A DNA stretch of 62,915 nucleotides, counting the filler, from Platydemus manokwari (Eukaryota), in NCBI GenBank assembly GCA_037951405.1. It is 5 parts of 5 records of this genome, joined end to end, with 100 filler letters (N's around TTAATTAATTAA, not from the genome) between each part and the next. Parts side by side here need not be neighbours in the genome. Positions count along the whole stretch, not along the records: positions 36,607 to 47,027 come from JBBMOY011135106.1; positions 47,128 to 62,915 come from JBBMOY011239208.1; 3 more parts are not named here. The stretch is one strand, 5' to 3'. Shown piece by piece: positions 41,487 through 51,900 of the stretch. Both the position numbers and the translations under genes were made by a program. Under the pieces are notes generated by a model, which worked only from the letters and a program-made list of their open reading frames with translations, had not been told where the DNA came from and did not search any database. How positions within the stretch are numbered: position 1 is the first letter of the stretch; each line of letters opens with the position of its first letter.

Positions 41487-43057
41487 CTATTGATTGTCAA
41501 TAGGTCTGGGTGAGGCTCGTTTGATAAAACATTTGATAAAAATCTGATCACTCAAGCACAGCTTTGGATTGGCTGCTATTTCTTCCAGCTTTATAAATTG
41601 AGAAAATCCATACCCGATATTTTTCTCGCTTGTTGGCTTATCCCACCCGTTTATGTCGGGATAAAGCGAATTGTTCAATATTTTTGTGATATGAGCGAGA
41701 CCAGTTTGTTGATTGATAATCGATATATGAATATCATGACTAAAGGGCCATTCGAGAATATCATCGAATGGACCCCTCACGATGCGAACGTATACCGATA
41801 AATGAGTTCCTTTTCCATCCCCATAACCACATGGACACAGTTGAAGGCACATTTCGTATCCATTTTTATGAGAAAAAAAGCAACCGCTACAAATATCTTC
41901 GTTTTCGCCATTTTGTGCTTTGCTTATTTTCTCTTTCCATTTATCGATTTTCCAAATGTATTCCTCGCAATTAGTTCTGTCAAACATTTCCTGCAAATTG
42001 ATCGATTTTTCTGTTAAATTTTTGATCGATTTATCTATTAAATCTTTGATTTCCTTTTCCATTGCATTAGTTCGAGTTTTGATTCTATCGTTGTTCCTCG
42101 ACATTTCTTTTAATTCTACCTGATAAAAAAAACGACGTTCAAGTATTGATTAATGAATAAATTTACTTTTTGTTTTTCAAAGTTGGCTTCAATCGATGCA
42201 ATCTTTTGTTTCAATATATCGATTCCTTGTTTTCGCGCCTAGACAGAGACACAGTAAATTAATAATCGATTAACTATTTCGCTATTTTTATTACTTGTTC
42301 TCTCATTTTAATATTTACATTTATCAGCTCTGCTGTCAAGTTCCTGTTCAATATCCCCATTTCCCTTGAATTGTCCGCTTCGAGTTTTGCCAAATCTTGG
42401 ATAATTTTCTGAAATATTTTTTCATTTCCAAAATTAAATTCAGCTCAAAAATTTTACATTTGTTTTTTTTTCATTGATTTCCAATTTGGCTTTGAGCTCG
42501 ATATTTTCCGATTGTAATTTCTCCATATCACGCTTCATTGATTGATTATCGTTTTCCAATGTCATTATCGATTGCATCAATAATGTCGTATGAAAACAAT
42601 TCCTCGACATGAGATGTTCATCGATTCTATCGACCATTGATTCTTGATCGGTACATCCGATAGATTTATAAGGACAGTAATTGGGCTGTGTACCGCAAAT
42701 TCGCAAATGGCCAGAAATATTTTTCAATTCCACAATCATTCCGCAACCCGCTGTTGGACAATTTACTCTTAAGTGCGAAATTTGCACATTAATCGCTCGA
42801 TCAATCTGAACATCTTTCTCAAAATCAATCACGGAGCTCCTACAATCCCGTGAATTTTGATTACAATATTTATTTTCATTTTCTAAATGCATTTTAATGC
42901 ACTCCCTACAGTATCGGCACCCGCATGGTACATTACAGGCATTTCTCATTATCTGTCTACAGATGGTACACAATAATTCCGATTTTATTTTATCAACAAA
43001 TTCGAAATGCTTCTCTCTCATTATCAACCACATATTTTCATTTTCATTTTCGGCCAT
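41487..43057 (-). CDS. TRAF: TNF receptor-associated factor (RING - TRAF zinc finger - coiled coil - MATH), about 472 aa
   Basis: Exons 43057-42458, 42408-42295, 42238-42167, 42119-41487 with phase-0 GT-AG introns of 49, 56 and 47 nt. RING CTIC..PCGCRYC.EC, zinc finger CP..GC...HLRIC..CPYKSIGC...EHL, coiled coil, and MATH YIWKI...GYEMCL...GDGKGTHLSVYVRIVRGPFDDILEWPF...GYGFSQFI...DQIFIKC. Confidence 0.95.
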
Positions 43058-43359
43058 TGCAATAATAGATCTAAAATGCATCATCACAATTATTCCAATA
43101 ATTGAAAACTGTTCAAATCGATTAAGAAAATATAATCAAAATTGAACATGAAAAATTGGATTATTTTATTATGTAATGTTTGAACATCAAAATATGTAGA
43201 TTTCGTTAAAAATAGCAATAATAATAAAATAAGTTTCAACTAAAATTTAATTAAATTAGTTTAAAAGACAATTAAATGACAAATTAATTTTTCAATAAAT
43301 TGGAATAATTTGAAAATATGAAATTAGATAAATAAGTAATTGATCAGATTAAACAAATT

Positions 43360-43941
43360 GGCTAAAGTTAAAAAAAGGTCCTAAAATGAAATTTAAAAAT
43401 TGTTGAGCGCATTGCAAAATTCTATATAGTTTATTTAATTATATTCTTTAAAAATATTTTTTTATTGAAGTATTTAAGAAGAATTTTAAGTGTTTGAAAT
43501 CAAATATTAAATGGACTAGAGCTTCAAAATCTTCTGAAATTTGATTATTTGAAAAAATGACAAAAATTAGTCGAATTGCAATTTCTTGAAAATTAGCTAG
43601 GACCAATTTTTTAACATTAGAAACAAATTGAGAAATATTCTCAATTTTTACAATTATTTATTACAATGATATTATTAAATATGTCTGTAGTTAACTAACT
43701 CGATTTATAATTATAAAAATTTTAATTAAAAATATCAAATAATCAAATAAAAGTGTTGTGAATAGAATGGGAACTTAGTTTAAAAACAATTTTTTGTCAC
43801 TATTAGACATTAAAAATGAGATATTAAATGAATTACATGAATAAATCAAACATGATATATAAAATTAAGTTAAAAAATTATCTCATGCGCGAAAATTCAT
43901 TGTAACGATAGTAGGTCAAAGGACTCTTTTTAACTTGAGCC
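43360..43941. mobile_element. MITE (~580 bp), copy 1
   Basis: TIRs GGCTAAAGTTAAAAAAAGGTCC / GGACTCTTTTTAACTTGAGCC. Aligns along its length with 55965-56548. Confidence 0.85.
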
Positions 43942-45032
43942 AAATTTTTCAAAAAATTAGAATAATTTGAAAATATAAAGTTATAAAAATAAACAATTGA
44001 ACCGATTAAACAAATTGTTAAATAAACCTCGTTGTTAGACATTATTTAGAAATATTAAACATCGGTTGTTATTTTATTGCTTTGAAATTACTTTTATATC
44101 AAATAAAAAAGTCTGAAATTTATGATCAGAGATTTTAACTTGAGCAAAAAAAATTTAAAAATAATTTCGTTAAACTAAAGCTATTTGCGAAAAATCTTTA
44201 TAGATTAAATAATTATCTTGATTTTCTTTGCTTTTTTATAAATATTTAAGGAGGATAAGTTTTCATAATTTGATTTCGAAAATTAAATGCAGAAAAATGT
44301 TGAATTGATGAGATGAAATGAGATTAGTTTTGTTGGGATTCTGGCCCAAGATTTAATCTATAACAATTAACTCACGTTGGAAAAAATATTTGCATGACAA
44401 TACGTATGAAATGTGTATTAATTTTTTGTTGTAACAATTTTTATTTTAATAAGAATGTATTTTTATATTTTGCAATGTTGGGAATTTTTGAGCAACAACT
44501 ACTCTGAAATATTGATATTTATAACAATTACATATATATAACAGTGACAAATTAATTATCATCTGTTTTCTGCGCATGAAAATTCTACAGCGGCATAAAA
44601 TAATCACTCGATTAAATTTAATCTAGATATTTTCTCTGCCTAATAAATTTATTCAAAGAGAATTTCTCTCAACAGTGAATAAATTCACTGGCAATATCTG
44701 CGAGTAATTCACTGCCTATATAAAGCAGTGGTTTCAATCAACACGGACATTAATATTCGACACAATCTAAGGACATAATTTTTCGCTGTTAATTTTTCTC
44801 CACAAATTCTGTTATTGCCGTTACTCTCGCTGTCTGATGTTACATCAATTGGAGAAAAACCGTCGTTTAAATTCGGCGCACTCAAGAAGATCATCTGGTG
44901 CAGAAGACCAATTGTTCCTGTATATGCCCGGCATTTGCTGGAATACCCAAAGTAAGACCGTACCTGTAAAATACTAATCTATACTATATACTGTATCTTG
45001 TATTTCATATTCTAGAGTTTGTTGCTCAAGAT

Positions 45033-45140
45033 CTTGATGGTAATTGGTTCTGCTCCAAGAATGTGGAGTTTGTTAACCGTCTTAATTCTGGAAGTTGTAG
45101 GGTTTTTATTAGTGTAATTTAATGTATATTGTAGTTCTAA
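45033..45140. repeat. Dispersed repeat (LTR-like), homologous to ~47563-47680
   Basis: ggtaattggttctgctccaagaatgtggagtttgttaaccgt vs ggtaactggttttgctccaagagtaaggagtttattaaccgt on different contigs. Confidence 0.6.
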
Positions 45141-45479
45141 AGGCATTTGTAATTTTATTTTTAGTTCTCATTCATATAAGAATCACAAATTATTATTTGT
45201 AATTGTGGTAATCAACATAGTTAACAGTTTAAAATAAGATTTTGTAGTTTGAGACTGATAATTAGTATAAGTAAAATATATCACTACTGCCACACCTATT
45301 GTGATCACACAATAAAGCTGTGCGAGGTGAAGGAACAACAAGCCTAGCCTTAATCAAGAACTCTTAGAGACTGATTAAGGCAGTAGTGGTATCAAATAGG
45401 ATCAAGCTTATTAAAACAAATAAATCTATAAGGCCTGAACGTAACATTTTTACAAGCAGTGATGATAAAACAATTCATA

Positions 45480-45745
45480 AATTTATCGATTTTATTAGCG
45501 TATAAATAATCTAGCTCACGAATGCTTGTTCTTTTCTTAAGATTGATAGAATAATTCTGATTTGATTCCTCTAATTTGAGTCGGGGTTGAAAAATGTTGT
45601 GTCCAATTTTGGTTAGGATCCAAACAGATTTTTCAAAAATTTTCATTGGCGATTTGTTCCATGCAATGTGATTAAATAATATTTAGTGATTTACAATATT
45701 AAACGCTTACTGGAAAATGGTCTGTAAACTCGTATGGCATGAAAC
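45480..45745 (-). mobile_element. Decayed non-LTR retrotransposon RT fragment
   Basis: Minus strand reads VYRPFS, AFNIVNH*ILFNHI (cf. SKAFDTVNHxILL) and DYLYAN (cf. LYADD), with stops and frameshifts. Confidence 0.4.
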
Positions 45746-47027
45746 AAATGATCGTATATGATGTAAAATCTGTGCTTCTCAAAATGACAGAGTTCTTCAT
45801 TAGTATTTTCTCAAATTTATGGGTATAGATAATCGAATCTTCCACCTACTTATACAATTGTTCCGAGTGAGTGGTAAATCTTCCACGTTATTTTTAACAG
45901 GTAACGTTAAGATAAAATTATTCTCCTTTAATCTTATTGTTACAAAATCATATTCCTTTGAAACACATTTTATATCATTTAATTTATCCACCATCAAACC
46001 ATTCCTTGAGAATTATTTTTATAACGTTTATTATTATTATAAGTTATTCCTTTTAATTATCAATATTATTCCATTATATTTGTCAGGCTTCCGTCAATGG
46101 ATATATTGAAATAATTAATTACAAAATTGCCGTTACAGTAGGGCTAAAATTTCGTCACAATGTAAAATATAAAAATATAAAAATATAAAACATAAATATT
46201 GTCACGTAACAATTTTTAAATCAAATAAATATTACAATGCTACAATTGCTATCCATTTATCATAAAGATATTGTTGCACCTATATTTTTCATGCAAATAA
46301 ATGTTACAATTGTTGATAATTTAAAGTTCGATTTTCGATATCCACAACAAAACATTTTTACACTACTTACGACTTAATCAATATCTGGAAGACTGATGAC
46401 CCTCGAGTAGTAATTCGGTCTTAATTTAATTGATGTTCTTTGGTCCCAATTCGTTCTGAAACTTGTATGAGAGGGATACCTGTGCAATATAATGTATGTG
46501 GGGATTATAATATTTGCATTTAAAAGATTTTATAAATAAATATCTAAAGATATTAATATAATTGGATAATTATAGATAAGTATATCATTTTATATTATGA
46601 TTTTCCAGTCCTTCACAAAGTGTCCTTTATGAAATGGTAGCAGCTTAAAGTGAATATTTTAAACTCAACAGTATCGATATTAACAACAATCGTACCACTA
46701 AAAAGCGATGCCATGACAATAAAATTTCAGAAATATCAGAATTATGTGAAATCCAATGCTTGATCAAAAACGACAGTCTTAATGGCTTATATTGATTAAA
46801 TATTCCAATGGTTATAAAATACATAATTTTAATACTGTACAACATGGTGTCACCTGTAAAAAGACAGATAATTTTGGAAGTTATTGATTTATTAAACCTC
46901 TTCATTGAGACATCATTAAATAATGATTTTCCATTTTAATATTTATTAGGTATTTTATAAGTGAAAATTTTTTGCATTTCGTAGAGGATGGCCTATTTTT
47001 TATTGTCTTTTATTTTATTTATTTGAT

Positions 47028-47127
47028 NNNNNNNNNNNNNNNNNNNNNNNNNNNNNNNNNNNNNNNNNNNNTTAATTAATTAANNNNNNNNNNNNNNNNN
47101 NNNNNNNNNNNNNNNNNNNNNNNNNNN
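47028..47127. other. Artificial contig spacer
   Basis: 44N-TTAATTAATTAA-44N. Confidence 0.97.
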
Positions 47128-48929
47128 ATTTAATTGAAAAATATATCTTAATTTATATTTAAATTTTTATATGATTATACAAATACTTGGGTTTAATTGC
47201 AAATGGCCTTCCGTCAAATATTAATTATAAAACAATATTTTATAAAATCAGGGATTTAAAGGGGAATTGTGTCATATGAATTAAAGGGAATAAATGTAAT
47301 GTTACGATTTAAAAATAAATTCTAACGATTAAACCAGACAAATAGTAACGAATTTTAGAGAGCAATGAAAGGTATACAAGGAGTTTAAAATCACCACAAC
47401 ACCGCTCATTTATTATTCGAAACCTCTATTATAATCACCATATCATTCAGTTCAAGAACCATTTCTCTTCGACTTCAGCAGTGTTATATGCCAAGAAACC
47501 ATTTTGCAGTTAACGTAAGTTCGATATTGTGTAAAATATTGATCAATACTATCTACTCTCTTAAAGGTAACTGGTTTTGCTCCAAGAGTAAGGAGTTTAT
47601 TAACCGTGACATTAGTCCAGAATTTGTTAGGATAATCGTTTGAGTGTTATTTTTATTTAGTGTATACTTGTAGTGTAAAATCAATTTTATATATTTTTAT
47701 TTGGTGTCAATTGTAGTTGCAATAAAACTTAATGTATCCGAATTACGTTGTTGATCAAAGATAGTGAAAGTTTGAGAATACGAGTTAATAGTTTGAGATT
47801 GATAAGTTTGATGAATAGTAATAGTTTTGATAGATCATAGTTGCCGTATATATATTTTTCATATAATTTTATATGTAAGGCGAAGAGAATAAGAAATAAC
47901 AATAAGGTTTGAGCACCTTGGGTTTGTAATTGAACCACGTGAGATTGATAAGACTACTGTGATTTATACTCAAATATTGAAATAAGGTTGAACGAGACAG
48001 ATTGATAATTAAAACAAAAACATCAACAAACCCGTAACACGTCATCTATATTGATATTCTTAACCTTAAAATATTTTTACATCTTCTTCAAATGTTCCTC
48101 TAATCGCCGGGTTAAACATTAGACATTGGAGACCTGAATGTTATCTCTGATCTTCAATCATTATGATCATTGTCATTCCATCTAGAAAATTATTTTGACC
48201 AGCGAATCAGACACCGGCCTCAATTTGGAATAGTTATTACGTAATATTCGTATAGAAAGTAGCTTATGTATACTTGGGTTTCTGTGTTGTTAAGATAATT
48301 CTCACGTATTAAACGTCATTTTCATTACCATCTACCGGGTTAACTCTTAAATTTATTTCTAAACGGTGGCTTAACTCCGCAGCACAGTTTTTCAGTGACT
48401 GGAAGTCTGTCGATGCATGGAAATCAATATTTCATTCTCGATACCACATTTAAATTATAAACAGAAGTCATTAACAAAATATAAATCATATCCTCTCCAG
48501 ATGTTGCAAGCATTTTTAAATATTTCATCACACATTTTCAATCTAATATTTATTACAAAAACATTGCCCATTTTTATGTCTGTAAATATTTCACTAAAAA
48601 TTTCAAAATATTCAATATTCAAATTTCTGCTAGCGAAAATCAAATAAACAAAATGAATTCTTTCTCTTTTTATTTCAAATACTCACTTTTTATTCTTGTC
48701 TTATTATGTCACAAACATTCCAAGATTTGGTTGTAATTTTAGAATAACATTTTTATTATAATTTTTAGTTTTAGTTTTTTTTAATTAATTTATCTTAATG
48801 TAGTTATCTATCGATTTAGTTAGTTTATCTATCTTTAGTTAATTAATTTACCTTATCTTTTTATGTTAGATGCATTTCTATAATTGGAGCCATTCTAATT
48901 AAAATAAAATGATAAAAGTTTATCTTGTT

Positions 48930-48943
48930 GGTGTCATGGAAAC
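48930..48943. promoter_or_regulatory. RFX X-box-like motif upstream of CCDC169
   Basis: GGTGTCATGGAAAC is one mismatch from the GTHNYYATRRNAAC consensus and lies about 50 nt upstream of the ATG at 48995. Confidence 0.55.
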
Positions 48944-48994
48944 ACAAATAACCTTTAAGTTTTTATAATTCGAAATATATTTTATAACATTAAA

Positions 48995-51900
48995 ATGGCA
49001 AACATCACTGCAACCATGATACAAGATTTGAAAAACAATGCTTTGAAAGAAAAACAAATAAAGTAGAAACAATTTTTTTTGTTGATAAATGAGTTAAAAA
49101 ATTACTGTTTGATATCAGAGCATTGGTTGAAGATAGCTGTGATGAATTGTTGACAACGATATCGGAATATGAGAAACGATTGGATTCGGTGAATTATGAA
49201 AGTTTGACGATTTAGATTTCCGTGATTTGTAAATGATATCGATTTATCATCACCAGATAACGAATGGAAAACTCGATATGACATTCAGAAAGAAACCAAT
49301 GATCAAATTTCCAAACAGATTTTGATCATCCAAGATAAGATTCAACAATCGAAAGGTCAATTAAGAGATGGTAGGTGTGGCCAACACGTGTCGTTGTTGT
49401 CTTGTCTTATTTCTCGATAATGTTATGAAATGATTTTTTGTTTTATTAAACTGCGATTGATTCTGATATTCTTGATGACGTCATCTATTTAATATTGGCA
49501 GCAATGACCCTTCTTGTGTGACACAGCTTTTGATATTCATAAAGGGTTGATGAGGGGATATTGATTAGCTAAGATAGCATATTATCGACAGCTCTCATTG
49601 GATAATAATCAATATTAAGGCTATCAGTAGCTAGAAATTTTGATATATCGATTATTAGATTATTTGTTTTAATGACGTTAACTAACTTATAATAATTATT
49701 ATTATTATTAATGGAATTATTATTATTATTAATGTATGGATTTTTGTTTTATTATTCCTAATAAATGTTATTCCTACATTTGGTGATAGCTACAGTGATT
49801 CTGACCTCATAAATGTCCATCAGCTTATCTCTTGGAGTTGATTTGCATTATCTCTCATCATTATATTATTGATAACGTTCTGACATCATTATAATTGATT
49901 GTAATATTTATATATTTCTCACTGATAAAATCGATATAGAGTGAGCTCCTTTGATCGATAATTTGTATCTTATATGAATATTTATCAGCACTAATACTGA
50001 TAAACTTGATTTACAAACGATATTTTATCAGTATTGTGAGGATTTTCAAATCAGAACTTAATTTGTTCCAATAATCGTAATTTAAATATATCGTGATATT
50101 CCAGTTCGTTTTCAATGCGTGCTTTATAAAATAGTAGCGGATAACAAATATCAGACCCATTTGATTCGTTAAACATGGAATTTATTGCAATCATTTTCGG
50201 TGTGACATTTTATTTTGCCTTCTTCACAATTGAATAGAGTTGTTATCTACAGAAACGTTTCCTCCATACTGAGCTGTTGTTATCCTGATGATGTAGTTGA
50301 AGTAGCAGCTAAATATAACAATTCCAAGTAGCACCACAACAATTACCGTTGCTTATAAACATCAGCGAGTAGTATAAAACAATATTTGAATGAAGAATAT
50401 CTCGTGCAATGCTGGAATATGCTAAATAAATTTCTAATATTTTAAGCTATTTCCAAAAATAAATTCTGATGATAAAATTGGACTTTAAACTCGTAAAATT
50501 GTGTTTGAAAATGTTTGTATTGATTTATTTTCGATCTAAAAATAATCATTAAATCATTGATGACGTCAGTTATAATAATTTATATGTCAAGTCACTGTTA
50601 TAAATTGTAGTTCAGAAAGCAATGCGATCCAACGTTGCCCATGAATCTGAGCTGGGAGATATTTCCATGGCTCTGATAAAAACTCTTCAAGATGAAAAGA
50701 ACAAATTGCTCAGGCAGAAACAGGATCTTGATTGGAGAATCGATCAAGAATCCAAGGTAGAGTTTCAACCAATTTTTATTCTGATGGTGGTGATTTATTC
50801 TTGTTATTTCATGCTTATTCTGGAGAGATTGGAAATCCTTATGAATGTGTTTTATTGATTTTATTATTAAGCTCCAATAGAATTATGTCTTGAATATCTG
50901 TGACATCATGATCGAAATATAAAAATTATCAGTTGATTTACTGATGATGTTGGATAGAGTTGACAGTGATTAGGATGTTATGGATTTGAGAAAGTATTTC
51001 AGTGAGTGGAATATTTGTTGTGAGAAATACTCGAAAATCAACACGAGACTAAGTTGTCTGGAATATCGATCACACTGATGTCATTATTCTGTGACGAATT
51101 AAGCTAGAAATCACTGCATTGCATTTATAAAACTAATGGAATCTCTTCTCTTTTCATTCTAGCACATTATTCTTCGTTTTATAGAATTATTAAAATCGAA
51201 CATTTTTAGTTGTCTTTCAAACCTTTACCACAGAATTTGTAAATAAATTAATCGATTTCAGCTTCAAATTTATTCAGAATCTCACTAGTTTGTGCATAAC
51301 TCGATCTTCATCTTCTCGAAATGACCTTGTCAACATCACATTTTAATACCTATTGAATTGTTGGAGCACATTTGTTCCGAGATATTCGAATACAGGTTGT
51401 CATTCGATTTTTATTTATTTAAAATGGAATTGTACCAATCTTAAAGCTCTATGACTTCTTTTCAAAATTTATCAATACCAATTAGTCTGTGTGTACAAGT
51501 AGACCATTCATGATATCTATGCCAGTCATGCCAGCCGCAATGGATCTCTTCATATATTATAATGCTCCATTGAATTTATTATTATTCCATTAATCATCTA
51601 TATTTCAGCTACTATGGTAACACTATCCAAGGATGAGTAAGTCAACCATTACCTAACTTGTTTTGATTACTAACATGCTCATGGTGCAGGTATCGAATGA
51701 ACACAGTTGTTAATAATAACTTCGTGATTAATTCATTCATCCTCTCACCTTCCTGGTTGAATAGCTACGAAGTTTATCAGAAATTCATTAAAACCAAATC
51801 TCCCACGATTTCATCTCATCGTTCAGATGAAACCTCTTGTTATCTTTATCATTTCATGATAGAGACCGTTATTTGTTCTGACTACTTATGTAAATCTAAG

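Noticed and set aside
48100-48643. Possible Harbinger transposase remnant on the minus strand
   Set aside because: Only vague resemblance, many stops and no catalytic motifs or TIRs confirmed.
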